Source of the DNA: Planctomycetota bacterium
Lineage (GTDB): Bacteria; Planctomycetota; UBA1135; UBA2386
Direction: 5' to 3'
Assembly (NCBI GenBank): GCA_046290465.1
Contig: JBKAGP010000001.1
Location: 1,785,484 to 1,849,483, forward strand
DNA length: 64,000 nt
Both the position numbers and the translations under genes were made by a program. The notes under the pieces were generated by a model, which made no database searches, was not told the DNA's origin, and saw nothing but the letters and a program-made list of their open reading frames with translations. Of the stretch, positions 9,123-18,762 are shown piece after piece. Position 1 is the first letter of the stretch, and each line of letters begins with the position of its first letter.

Positions 9123-12100
9123 TTACTGGCGCCAGTAGTTCGAGACGACGCGCACGCCCGGGACCGAGATGGTCGCGATGCGCGTGCCCGTGTTGATCTC
9201 GAACACGTCGACGTTGCCGACGTCCGACAGCGCGACGAACAAGAGACGCGGGATGACCGCCGCGGTCGGCGCGCCACCGACGTTCTTGATCACGTGCTTG
9301 CCCGAGTGGAAGTAGGGCGTCGCCGAGCCAGCACCGAAGAACGGGCTGACCTGACCGGTCGCGGCGCCGAAGTTGACCAGGTCGTCGTGGGCGAGGTCGA
9401 TGATCGAGTTGCCCGACATCTGGTCGACGAACGAGCCCGGTGCCGGCGTGCCGCCGATGCGCTGGACGACCGTCCACTCCTTCTGGCGGAAGGTCGGCGG
9501 CAGGATGAAGCCGCCGGCAGACGGGTTCAGCTGCAGCTGGCCCTGCGGGGTGCTGGTCAGGTTCAGGCGCGAGACCTGCGCGAGGCCGGTCTCGTCCGTG
9601 TGGCCGATCATCACGCCGCCGAACGCCGTGTTGTTGTCGAAGATCATCGCGCGAGCCCGCGGGAACGAGACGTTCGTCACGGAGCCGATGATGTCGTTGA
9701 AGCCGATCCCGTTGACGCCGTCCGGACCCGACTCGTAGATCGCGACGGTGCCGTTGGCGTTGAGGATGTAGGCGTTGTAGACACCCGACACGTTGCCGGT
9801 GGTCTGGTAGCGCTCGGTCACGACCAGGTCGATCGGCTGGTTGAGGAAGCCGCCGAGCGTGCGACGCACGGTGAAGTCCTGGGCGCTGATGACCGTCAGG
9901 ATGTTGGCGTCGGTCGACACGCACAGCACGTCCTCACCGTCCGGCTGCCACGCGATGCCGGTCGGACCGCTCTCGACGCGGGTCTCGACCACCACCTGGT
10001 GGAAGTTCGGGCTGGTCGGGTCGATGTCGATGAACGACACCGACGAGCTGGCGAAGTTGGACACCGCCAGACGGGTCATGCTCGGCGACATCGCCATGCT
10101 GACCGGGTCCGACAGCTGGATCGTGTCCAGCACGGTGAAGCGGTTGCTGTTGACGACGACGACCTGCCGGTTGTCACGGTCGAGCACGTAGAGGAAGTGG
10201 CCGACCTGCTGACGCGACGTGAACGGGCAGAACGGCGGCGGCGGCGGCGGCGAAGCCGGGGGCGGCTGCGGGCCGACGAACACGCCCATGAAGTTCGTGC
10301 CGTAGACACCGATCTCGTTCTGCACCGAGCTGAACGGGTTGCCGACCAGCAGCAGGTTGAGACCGACGGCGGCACAGTTGCTCGGCGGGCCACCGGTCGC
10401 CAGCGCACCGGTCGGGGCCACCGACGACTTGACCGCCGGCTCCTCGCCGAAGATCGCGCGGTTCGGGTTCGGCGGCGGGAAGATCAGCCGCGGCGGGTTC
10501 GGGATCGGCGGCTGCGTGATCGTGTTGCCCGACTGGACCAGACCGACGAGCTCGTTGACCTGGTTCGCTCGCGACGCGTTGCGGTTGATGTTCTCGTTGT
10601 TGTAGATCAGGTCGAGCGGCGCGCCGATGTGGATGTCGGTGACGTCGCTGACGATCGGATCGCGCAGCAGACGGGTGCTGCCGTTGGTGTCCTGCGTCAG
10701 GGTCAGCACACCCGCACCACCGGCGTCGAGGTTCGACGTGCCCGGCGCCATCGACGGCACCACGCCCGGAACACCGATGTTCGGGTTGAGCGGCCAGCGG
10801 GTGTTGTTGATGTCACCGGTGCCCTGGCCGAAGCCGTGCAGGTCGATGACGCTGACGCCCGGCTCGGCGCCGCCGATGCCGACGTAGATCGCCTCGGGGG
10901 CGACCGGCGCGTTGACCAGGCCCGGACCGACGCCCGTCGTGTAGGACGTCGTGACGGCCTGACCGATCAGGTCGCCGTTGAGGCTGTTGATCGAGGTCGC
11001 CTGCACCGTCACGTCGACCTGCGAGTTGCCCGGCAGGTTGTAGGCGGGACGCAGGATGTAGTTCATCAGGTCGCCGAAGCTGACCGGGTCCGCGTAGTAG
11101 ATGACCGGGAAGGTCGACGCGGCGGAGGTCACCTGCAGCGAGATACCGCCGGTCGGCGGCGTGAACAGCGACGGGTCGAAGAACGCACCGACCTCACCGG
11201 GCTGGACCGGCTTGTTGAAGCGGATCAGGATCGAACCGGTCGGGTCGATGCCCGTCTGGTTGTTGCCGGGGCTGATCTGCGGCAGCGCCGTGTAGCCGAG
11301 CACCTGCGGCGGATCCGGGTCAGGGCCGACCGTGGTCGCGACGCCAACCTCCTGCTCGAGGATGTCGTTCTCGGTGTCGCGCACCGCGTTGGTGATGACC
11401 AGGCGCAGCAGGCGGTTGTTCGGGAACGTCTCGAACGTCGTCAGGTCGCTGTCCGAGTCGGCCACGAACGTGAACGACTTGTTGGACACCAGGTCGCCGG
11501 CGCCGGGGTAGCTCGGGAAGCCGGCCGCGCGCGCGTCGATGATGTTGACGCCGTTGCTGCCGTCGTTCTCGACCGCCTGCACCTTTCGCAGCGTGCCACC
11601 TTCGTTGTAGTAGGTGAAGCCGTTGACGAAGCCGCGACCTTCGACGGTGACCGTGGTCTCGGTCGACGGGTCGTAGGCCAGCACCGTCAGCGCGCCGCTG
11701 AGGCCCGAGTTCGCCTGGTCCGCGAGCAGGTTGCTCAGGATCGAGTCGACGTCGAGCTTGTGCGAGAACGTGAAGTGCAGGAAGTGGTTGCCGGCGTCGC
11801 CGTTGGGCAGCACCGCCGTGGTCGGCAGCGTGGCGACCGGGAGCACGCCGTTGTTGCCGTTCACGAACTGCTTGAGGGTGTCCTCGCTTTCGATGTTGAC
11901 GACCGTCGACGTCGGGTTGCCGAACGAGTCCGTCGTGCGAATGCGGTAGGGATACACGCTGCCGGAACCGGTGGAGATGCCGGTCACCAGGAACGCGCCC
12001 CGGTTGTCCGGGTCGCCCTTGGTGCCGCCGGTGCAGCCATGCGAGATGGCGAACAGGCCGACGACCGCGAGCGCGGAGAGGGAGCGAGCGGCGGGAGAAG

Positions 12101-12134
12101 CCGAGCGCGACCGATGCGATGGGTTGGCTTTCAT
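9123..12134 (-). CDS. Large lipoprotein (1003 aa): Ig-like/SbsA-like N-terminal region plus C-terminal YVTN/YncE-like beta-propeller; function unknown
   Basis: The signal and lipobox are ...VVGLFAISHGC. The composition is T/N/S/G-rich, clearly distinct from the shadow frames. The C-terminus has repeated propeller-like strands (YVLDRDNRQVVVVNSNRF, RLAVSNFASSSVSFIDID, YILNANGTVAIYESG). A proline tract PQPPPASPPPPPP lies mid-protein. Confidence 0.8.
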   Translation of the reverse strand: MKANPSHRSRSASPAARSLSALAVVGLFAISHGCTGGTKGDPDNRGAFLVTGISTGSGSVYPYRIRTTDSFGNPTSTVVNIESEDTLKQFVNGNNGVLPVATLPTTAVLPNGDAGNHFLHFTFSHKLDVDSILSNLLADQANSGLSGALTVLAYDPSTETTVTVEGRGFVNGFTYYNEGGTLRKVQAVENDGSNGVNIIDARAAGFPSYPGAGDLVSNKSFTFVADSDSDLTTFETFPNNRLLRLVITNAVRDTENDILEQEVGVATTVGPDPDPPQVLGYTALPQISPGNNQTGIDPTGSILIRFNKPVQPGEVGAFFDPSLFTPPTGGISLQVTSAASTFPVIYYADPVSFGDLMNYILRPAYNLPGNSQVDVTVQATSINSLNGDLIGQAVTTSYTTGVGPGLVNAPVAPEAIYVGIGGAEPGVSVIDLHGFGQGTGDINNTRWPLNPNIGVPGVVPSMAPGTSNLDAGGAGVLTLTQDTNGSTRLLRDPIVSDVTDIHIGAPLDLIYNNENINRNASRANQVNELVGLVQSGNTITQPPIPNPPRLIFPPPNPNRAIFGEEPAVKSSVAPTGALATGGPPSNCAAVGLNLLLVGNPFSSVQNEIGVYGTNFMGVFVGPQPPPASPPPPPPFCPFTSRQQVGHFLYVLDRDNRQVVVVNSNRFTVLDTIQLSDPVSMAMSPSMTRLAVSNFASSSVSFIDIDPTSPNFHQVVVETRVESGPTGIAWQPDGEDVLCVSTDANILTVISAQDFTVRRTLGGFLNQPIDLVVTERYQTTGNVSGVYNAYILNANGTVAIYESGPDGVNGIGFNDIIGSVTNVSFPRARAMIFDNNTAFGGVMIGHTDETGLAQVSRLNLTSTPQGQLQLNPSAGGFILPPTFRQKEWTVVQRIGGTPAPGSFVDQMSGNSIIDLAHDDLVNFGAATGQVSPFFGAGSATPYFHSGKHVIKNVGGAPTAAVIPRLLFVALSDVGNVDVFEINTGTRIATISVPGVRVVSNYWRQ

Positions 12135-12516
12135 TGGGATGCGAATCCGCCCTTGGACGAGGGCGGTAGGGTCTACTCCGGGACGAGTCGAGCCAGAAGC
12201 CGTAGAACGTTACTTCGCCAGCATTTCCATGCAAGCGAACTCCGCGTGCCACGGCCCGGTCCGAACGCCCGGGCTGACGGGGTAGACGCAAGTCCGGTGC
12301 CACGTCGCAGAGCGGCGCAGGATTCCTGATCCGGACGCTGAACGGGTGCCGACCGGCCCGCACGATGCACGCGCAAACCGCGATGCTACGGTCGCTTGCA
12401 TTGAATTCGAGGCCCCGACGCCAGACTGCGTGCGCATCCGCACACTGTGCGCGAGCGCTCACGCACCGCCCAGAACTCCCTGGGCGGCGACGCTCGGCCC
12501 GGACTAACGTGCCGAG

Positions 12517-14664
12517 ATGAGACGCCCCCACCTGCTCGCGCTCACGGCCCTCGCGGCAGGCGCGGCGGCGCTGCCCGCGCAACAGCGCGTCGCCTGCCTC
12601 GGCGACTCGATCACGTTCGGCGCGCGCATCGCCGACCGCGAGCACGCCAGCTACCCGGCCCGCCTGCAGGCGCGCGACCCGGGCCGCGAGGTGCGCAACT
12701 ACGGCGTCGGCGGCGCGACCTTGCTGCGCGGCGCGGACCGGCCGTTCTCGGCGACCGCACGGTGGCGCGACGCGCTCGCCTGGGCGCCCGACGTCGCGAT
12801 CGTGATGCTCGGCACCAACGACACCTGCCAGGACGAACGGCGCGACAACTGGCGCCACCAGGGCGACCTCGAACGCGACGCACAGCACCTGGTCGACGAA
12901 CTGCTGCAGGCCAACCCGGACATGCAGGTGCTGCTGGCGACACCGCCCGACATGGTGACGACGCAGCGCGGCCTCGACGCGGCGCGCGTCGCCGACCTCG
13001 AAGCCCGCGCGCCGCGCCTCGCCCGGATCGCCGCCGCGCTGCGCAAGGTCGCAGCCGCCCCGGACGACCGCGTCGATTACGTCGACATGCGCCGCACGCT
13101 GCGGGACCGCGACGTCGTCGACGGGGTGCACCCCGATCCGTTCGGGGCCGACCGCATCGCGCAGCGCCTGCACGAGGTGCTGGCCAACCCGACCGCCCGG
13201 CCAGCACCGGCACTCGCGTCCCTGCCGCTGGCGACCACCCCCGACACGTTCGACCGCTTCGACGGCGCGGCGTTCACGCTGCCCGAGACCGGCGCGCGCT
13301 GCCGGCTGTTCGCGCCGCACCGCGTCGCCAGGGGCGCGCCGTGGATCCTGCGCGCGCGCTTCTTCGGCCACCAGCCGGCGCTCGACATCGCGCTGCTCGA
13401 CCGCGGCTTCCACCTCGCCTACTGCGACGTCGCCGACCTCTACGGCAACGACGAAGCGGTGCGCCGCTGGGACGAACTGCACGCGCTGCTGACCAGGCAC
13501 GGACTGGCGCGGCAGGTCGTGCTCGAAGGCATGAGTCGCGGCGGCCTCGCGATCGTCAACTGGGCCGCGGCCAACCCGGACCTGGTCGCGGCGATCTACG
13601 GCGACAATCCGGTGGCGGACTTCCGTTCGTGGCCGGGCGGGCAGAGCGGCAAGCGTTCCGACCGGGATTGGCAGCGCTGCCTCAAGGCCTACCGGCTCGA
13701 CGAGGACGGCGCCCGCACCTACGCGCGCATGCCGATCGACCGCCTCGCCCCGATCGCGAAGCGACGCGTGCCGCTGCTGCTGGTGCTTGGCGAGCACGAC
13801 CGGGTCGTGCCGCCGATCGAGAACGGTGAACGGCTCGCGCATCGCTATCGACAGCTCGGGGGGCCTGCCACCGTCTGGCGCAAGCCGGGCCAAGGCCACC
13901 ACCCCCACGGCCTGTCGCCGGTCGACCCGCTGCTGCGCGCGATCCTGCACGCGACCGGCCAGGCAGCGATGCCGACGACGCACCCGATCGCATCGGTCGA
14001 GTACCGCCGCGGCGCCGGCTGGAACGGCGACACCTGGCGGCAACAGGTCGACCGCATGCGCGCGCTGGCCGGTCGCCACCCGCATACCCGCGTCGTGCTG
14101 CTCGGGGACTCGATCACCCAGGGCCTGACCGGCGCCACCGATCGCGTCGCGGTCGCCGGCGGCACGCGCCCGTTCGACCGCGCGTTCGGCGACGTCTCGG
14201 CGATCGGCCTCGGCCTCAGCGGCGACCGCACCGAGCACCTGCTGTGGCGCATCCGGAACGGCGCGCTGCGCGAGCTGGCGCCCGCCGTCGTGGTGCTGCA
14301 GATCGGCGTCAACAACGTCAACGCGGCGGGCCACACCGCGCCCGAGACCAGCGCCGGCATCGCCGCCGTCGTCGACGCGCTGCTGGCCGCCGAACCAGAG
14401 GCCCGCGTGCTGATCTGCGGCCCGTTCCCCGGCGGCGCCAACCACAGCCACGTGCGCCGCACGCTCGACGACGTGCACGCGACGCTGCCAGAACTCGCCA
14501 CCCACGCGCGGGTCGACTACCTCGACCTGCGCCGGCTGTTCGTCGACGAAGACGGCACCGCGAACGACCGCATGCGCAAGGACCACATCCACCTGACCGG
14601 CGCCGGCATGCAGGCCTGGCTCGACGCCATCGCCCCGCCGGTGCGGCGCCTGCTTTTGCGCTGA
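12517..14664 (+). CDS. Secreted three-module hydrolase: SGNH/GDSL esterase + alpha/beta-hydrolase + second SGNH/GDSL (PAF-AH-like)
   Basis: The signal peptide is MRRPHLLALTALAAGAAALPAQQ. The first module has VACLGDSITFG ... GTND ... DGVHP. The middle module has VLEGMSRGG (nucleophile elbow). The third module has VVLLGDSITQG ... GVNN ... DHIHL. Confidence 0.85.
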   Translation: MRRPHLLALTALAAGAAALPAQQRVACLGDSITFGARIADREHASYPARLQARDPGREVRNYGVGGATLLRGADRPFSATARWRDALAWAPDVAIVMLGTNDTCQDERRDNWRHQGDLERDAQHLVDELLQANPDMQVLLATPPDMVTTQRGLDAARVADLEARAPRLARIAAALRKVAAAPDDRVDYVDMRRTLRDRDVVDGVHPDPFGADRIAQRLHEVLANPTARPAPALASLPLATTPDTFDRFDGAAFTLPETGARCRLFAPHRVARGAPWILRARFFGHQPALDIALLDRGFHLAYCDVADLYGNDEAVRRWDELHALLTRHGLARQVVLEGMSRGGLAIVNWAAANPDLVAAIYGDNPVADFRSWPGGQSGKRSDRDWQRCLKAYRLDEDGARTYARMPIDRLAPIAKRRVPLLLVLGEHDRVVPPIENGERLAHRYRQLGGPATVWRKPGQGHHPHGLSPVDPLLRAILHATGQAAMPTTHPIASVEYRRGAGWNGDTWRQQVDRMRALAGRHPHTRVVLLGDSITQGLTGATDRVAVAGGTRPFDRAFGDVSAIGLGLSGDRTEHLLWRIRNGALRELAPAVVVLQIGVNNVNAAGHTAPETSAGIAAVVDALLAAEPEARVLICGPFPGGANHSHVRRTLDDVHATLPELATHARVDYLDLRRLFVDEDGTANDRMRKDHIHLTGAGMQAWLDAIAPPVRRLLLR

Positions 14665-14691
14665 CCGGAGCGGCGCCTATCCTTCGGATCG

Positions 14692-16752
14692 ATGCGCGAC
14701 CCGCTCGACGAATACCGCAAGAAGCGCGACTTCGGCGCGACCCCGGAGCCGGCCCCAGGGCCGACCCCAGAGTCGACCCCAGACTCGACCGCGAGCGAAC
14801 AGGACGCGCAGCGGCCCGGCAACGCGTTCGTCGTGCACCGCCACGAGGCGCGCCAGCTGCACTACGACCTGCGACTCGAGCACGACGGCGTGCTCAAGTC
14901 GTGGGCGGTGCCGCGCGGGTTCTCGTACGACCGTTCGGAGAAGCGCCTGGCGGTGCGCACCGAGGACCACCCGATCGAGTACGAGCACTTCTCCGGCCGC
15001 ATCCCGAAGGGCCAGTACGGCGCCGGCACGATGGCGATCTGGGACCGCGGCACCTACGAGCTGGTCAAGATCCCGACGTGGCAGGAGTCGCTCGACAAGG
15101 GCGAGCTCAAGGTGGTGCTGCACGGCCGCCGGCTGCGCGGCGAGTGGCACCTGGTGCGCACGACGCAGGGCAAGAACACCTGGCTGCTGTTCAAGTCGAA
15201 GGACCGCTTCGCCGGCCCCGACCGCGACAGCGTGCTCGGCGTCGACCTCGACGCCGCGGTCGACGACGACGTCCGGCTGCCGCTCGAGCCGATGCGCGTC
15301 GGCGGCGAACGCGGCGTGTTCCGCGACCCGGGCTACCTGTTCGAGATGCAGTTCGACGGCCTGCGCACGTTCGCGCGCAAGGCGGGCGAACAGGTCATGC
15401 TGACCGCGCTCGACGACGTGCCCGCCGCGATCGCCGACGGCCTGCGCGCGCTGCGTTCGGACACGGCCCTGCTCGACGGCGTGCTGGTGGCGACCGACGC
15501 ATCGGGCCGGCCGAGCCGCACGGCGCTCGCTGCCGCGCTGCGCGACGGCGGCGACGGCGTCGCGTTCTACGCGTTCGACCTGCTGCAGTGGGAGGACTAC
15601 GACCTGCGCGCGCTGCCGCTCGTCGACCGCAAGGCCGGCCTGCGCGCGATCGTCCCCCAGCGGCCCGGCGTGCTGTTCGTCGACCACGTCACCGGTGACG
15701 GCCCGTCGCTGCTGCAGGTGATCGCCGACACCGGACTGCCGGGGGCGATCGCCAAGCGCGCGACCTCGACCTACACCTCGGGCCCGAGCGACGACTGGCA
15801 GGTGGTGCCGACCGGCGCCGCGGCCGAACCGACGCCCGCACGCAGCGCCCCCGCGCTGCAGCCGTCGCGCTTCAAGCCGACCAACCTCGGCAAGGTCTAC
15901 TGGCCGGCCGAGGGCTACACCAAGGGCGACCTGATCGCCTACTACGCGGCGATCGCCGACGTGTTGCTGCCGCACCTGCAAGACCGGCCGGTGCACTTCA
16001 ACCGCTTCCCCGACGGCATCGACGGCAAGTCCTTCTACCAGCGAGAGGTCAAGGAGGGCACGCCGGACTGGGTCGGCACCGCCGACGTCCCGCACGACGA
16101 CGAAGTGGTCCCACACCACGTCATCACCGACCGGGACACGCTGCTCTACGCCGCCAACCTCGGCAGCATCGACCTGCACCCGTGGCTGTCGCGCGTCGGC
16201 ACGTTCTACCAACCGGACTACGCGGTCATCGACCTCGACCCGAAGGACGCTCCGTGGCAGCACGTCGTGCGGATCGCGCGCGCCGCCGGCAAGCTGCTGC
16301 GCGGCATCGGGCTGCGGCCGCTGCTGAAGACCTCCGGCAAGACCGGCATGCACGTGTTCGTGCCGCTGATCGGCGGCTACACCTACGACCATTCGAAGAT
16401 GTTCTGCGAGGCGGTCGCGCGGGTGCTGGTGCGCGAGCTGCCCGACATCGCGACCGTCGAGCGCATGCCGCAGAACCGCGACGGCAAGGTCTACGTCGAC
16501 TTCCTGCAGAACCGCAAGAGCCAGACGATCGTGCCGCCCTACTCGGTGCGGCCGGTGCGCGCGGCGAGCGTGTCCGCGCCGCTGCGCTGGGACGAGCTCG
16601 AGGACTCGGACCTGGCGCCGCAGAAGTTCACCATCCACACGATGCCGCCGCGCGTCGAAGAGGTCGGCGACCTGTTCCAGAAGGCGCTGACCGACAAGCA
16701 GGACCTGATGCCCGCGATCGCGGCGCTCGAGGACGTGCTCAAGAACGGCTGA
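14692..16752 (+). CDS. ligD: NHEJ multidomain protein LigD: 3'-phosphoesterase + degenerate ligase-like module + polymerase/primase
   Basis: The PE domain has FVVHRHEARQLHYDLRLE..GVLKSWAVPRG. The Pol domain has GSIDLHPW, VIDLDP, KTSGKTGMHVFVPL and GKVYVDFLQN. The middle module is ligase-like but carries EMQFDG instead of KxDG (see findings). Confidence 0.9.
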   Translation: MRDPLDEYRKKRDFGATPEPAPGPTPESTPDSTASEQDAQRPGNAFVVHRHEARQLHYDLRLEHDGVLKSWAVPRGFSYDRSEKRLAVRTEDHPIEYEHFSGRIPKGQYGAGTMAIWDRGTYELVKIPTWQESLDKGELKVVLHGRRLRGEWHLVRTTQGKNTWLLFKSKDRFAGPDRDSVLGVDLDAAVDDDVRLPLEPMRVGGERGVFRDPGYLFEMQFDGLRTFARKAGEQVMLTALDDVPAAIADGLRALRSDTALLDGVLVATDASGRPSRTALAAALRDGGDGVAFYAFDLLQWEDYDLRALPLVDRKAGLRAIVPQRPGVLFVDHVTGDGPSLLQVIADTGLPGAIAKRATSTYTSGPSDDWQVVPTGAAAEPTPARSAPALQPSRFKPTNLGKVYWPAEGYTKGDLIAYYAAIADVLLPHLQDRPVHFNRFPDGIDGKSFYQREVKEGTPDWVGTADVPHDDEVVPHHVITDRDTLLYAANLGSIDLHPWLSRVGTFYQPDYAVIDLDPKDAPWQHVVRIARAAGKLLRGIGLRPLLKTSGKTGMHVFVPLIGGYTYDHSKMFCEAVARVLVRELPDIATVERMPQNRDGKVYVDFLQNRKSQTIVPPYSVRPVRAASVSAPLRWDELEDSDLAPQKFTIHTMPPRVEEVGDLFQKALTDKQDLMPAIAALEDVLKNG

Positions 16753-16848
16753 CCGCCTCTCCGGCCGGCGCGCACAATCGTGGCGGCATGCGCCCCTCCC
16801 GCCCGGTCGCGCCTTGCCGCGCGCGGCGCGCGCGTCGACCATGTCGCC

Positions 16849-18738
16849 ATGCGTCTCGCTGCCACGATCGCGATCGCCCTGTGCGCATCGTCCGTCCCCT
16901 GCCAGTCCCCGACCGACGGCCTCGTGCTGGTCGAAGCCGAGTCGTTCGCCGACACCGGCGGCTGGGTCGTCGACCAGCAGTTCATGGACTTCATGGGCTC
17001 GCCGATGCTGCTCGCCCACGGACTCGGCGAACCGGTGCAGAACGCGACCACCGAGGTGGCATTCGAGCAGCCCGGCAGCTACCGCGTCTGGGTACGCACG
17101 CGTGACTGGGTCGCGCCGTGGAACGCGCCGGGCGCGCCCGGGCGCTTCGAGCTGCAGATCGACGGTCGCTCGCTGAAGACGACATTCGGCACCGAGGGTG
17201 CCGACTGGCACTGGCAGGACGGCGGCGAGGTGCGCGTCGGCGCGAACGCGAAGCTGACGCTGCACGACCTGACCGGGTTCGAGGGGCGCTGCGATGCGAT
17301 CCTGTTCGCGCGCGACCGTTCGTTCCAGCCGCCGGACGGCGGCGACGATCTGGCGAAGCTGCGCGGCAGGCTGCTCGGCTGGGACGCCGCGCCCGCCGAC
17401 GGCGGCGCGTTCGACCTGGTGGTCATCGGCGGCGGCATCGCCGGCACCTCGGCCGCGATCACCGCGGCGCGGCTCGGCTGCACGGTGGCGCTGATCCAGG
17501 ACCGGCCGGTGCTCGGCGGCAACGGCAGCAGCGAGGTCCGCGTCTGGCCGGAGGGCCATACCAACCACGAACCGTACCCGCGGGTCGGCGACGTCGTGCG
17601 CGAACTGGTGCGCAAGAAGGGGCGCGGCGACGGCAACGCGCGCAACGCCGACATCTACGAGGACCGGCGCAAGCTCGAGCTGGCGCGCGCCGAACCCAAC
17701 CTGACGCTGCTGCTGGAGCACCGCGCCAACGCCGCCGAACACGACGGCGGCCACGTCGTGTCGGTGCGCGCGCAGCACACCCGCAGCGGCCGGCGCCGGA
17801 CCATCCGCGGCCGCTGGTTCGTCGACTGCAGTGGCGACGGCGTGATCGGCGCGCTGGTCGGCGCCGACTTCGAGATGACGATGCAGGGCCACATGGGCGT
17901 CAGCAACCTGTGGAACGTCGGCGCCGTCGAGAAGAACGAGTACCAGCTGCGCTGCGAGTGCGAGGACCCGGACGACCCGCTGTCGATCCACTTCGTCGCG
18001 TCGGACCAGCCGGCGCCGTTCCCGCGGTGCCCGTGGGCCGTCGACCTCAGCGACAAGCCGTTCCCCGGCCGCAAGGCCGAGAAGGACGGCAAGCGCGGCA
18101 TGGCCAACCTGTCGTCGCTCGGCGGCTGGTTTTGGGAGACCGGCTTCGACAAGCACCCGATCACCGATCTGGAGCGCATGCGCGACCAGAACCTGCGGGC
18201 GATGTACGGCGCGTGGGACGCGCTCAAGAACGTCGATGGGCAGTACCCGAACCAGCGCCTGAAGTGGGCCGCGTTCATCGCCGGCAAGCGCGAGTCGCGC
18301 CGCCTGCTCGGCGACGTGGTCGTGACCGGCGAGGACTTCCGCGACCTCAAGCCCTACCCGGACGCGGCGTTCCCGTGCACGTGGCACATCGACCTGCACT
18401 TTCCGAAGAAGGCGTTCCAGCAAGGCCACGAGGGCGACGAGTTCATCTCCGACTACACGCGCGGCAACGGCTACCGGTACAAGGGCCCCTACTGGGCTCC
18501 CTACCGCGCCCTCTACAGCCGCAACATCGACAACCTGTTCATGGCCGGCCGCGACATCAGCGTCACGCACGAGGCGCTCGGCGCCGTTCGCGTGATGCAG
18601 ACCTGCGGCATGATGGGCGAGGTCGTCGGCATGGCTGCGTCGCTGTGCAAGCAGCACGACTGCCAGCCGCGCGACGTCTACGAACGGCACCTCGACGAGC
18701 TGAAGGCGCTGCTGCAGCGAGGCGCGGGCAAGCGGTAA
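16849..18738 (+). CDS. Secreted FAD-dependent oxidoreductase (FAD_oxidored family) with N-terminal carbohydrate-binding-like domain
   Basis: The ATG at 16849 gives MRLAATIAIALCASSVPCQ (signal). The dinucleotide-binding motif DLVVIGGGIAGTSAAITAARLG..VALIQDRPVLGGNGSSE is present. The C-terminal FMAGRDISVTHEALGAVRVMQTCGMMGE is typical of the family. Confidence 0.85.
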   Translation: MRLAATIAIALCASSVPCQSPTDGLVLVEAESFADTGGWVVDQQFMDFMGSPMLLAHGLGEPVQNATTEVAFEQPGSYRVWVRTRDWVAPWNAPGAPGRFELQIDGRSLKTTFGTEGADWHWQDGGEVRVGANAKLTLHDLTGFEGRCDAILFARDRSFQPPDGGDDLAKLRGRLLGWDAAPADGGAFDLVVIGGGIAGTSAAITAARLGCTVALIQDRPVLGGNGSSEVRVWPEGHTNHEPYPRVGDVVRELVRKKGRGDGNARNADIYEDRRKLELARAEPNLTLLLEHRANAAEHDGGHVVSVRAQHTRSGRRRTIRGRWFVDCSGDGVIGALVGADFEMTMQGHMGVSNLWNVGAVEKNEYQLRCECEDPDDPLSIHFVASDQPAPFPRCPWAVDLSDKPFPGRKAEKDGKRGMANLSSLGGWFWETGFDKHPITDLERMRDQNLRAMYGAWDALKNVDGQYPNQRLKWAAFIAGKRESRRLLGDVVVTGEDFRDLKPYPDAAFPCTWHIDLHFPKKAFQQGHEGDEFISDYTRGNGYRYKGPYWAPYRALYSRNIDNLFMAGRDISVTHEALGAVRVMQTCGMMGEVVGMAASLCKQHDCQPRDVYERHLDELKALLQRGAGKR

Positions 18739-18762
18739 CGGGCCGGCGACGCGGCCCGCACG

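Noticed and set aside
12135-12516. A possible sigma-70-like promoter for the large lipoprotein gene: on the minus strand, TTGCAT at 12234..12229, a 16-nt spacer, then TAACGT at 12212..12207. I also considered a possible ncRNA or riboswitch in the 382-bp gap.
   Set aside because: The hexamer match is weak. The promoter consensus for this lineage is unknown to me. I saw no conserved riboswitch or RNA-family signature, only short hairpins. The evidence is not strong enough to list as a feature.
14677-18690. Very long ORFs with no recognisable family: 14677..18690 (-, 1337 aa), 11320..14592 (-, 1090 aa), 9294..12329 (+, 1011 aa), 34609..38346 (+, 1245 aa), 56317..59319 (+, 1000 aa), 45956..48706 (+, 916 aa), plus dozens of shorter ones.
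   Set aside because: They are Arg/Ala/Gly/Pro/Val/His-rich low-complexity translations lying antisense or out of frame to genes with unambiguous motifs (LigD, FAD oxidoreductase, the lipoprotein, the GT3-GT35 fusion, the BNR protein, ATP-grasp). They are typical stop-poor shadow frames of a 70% GC genome.
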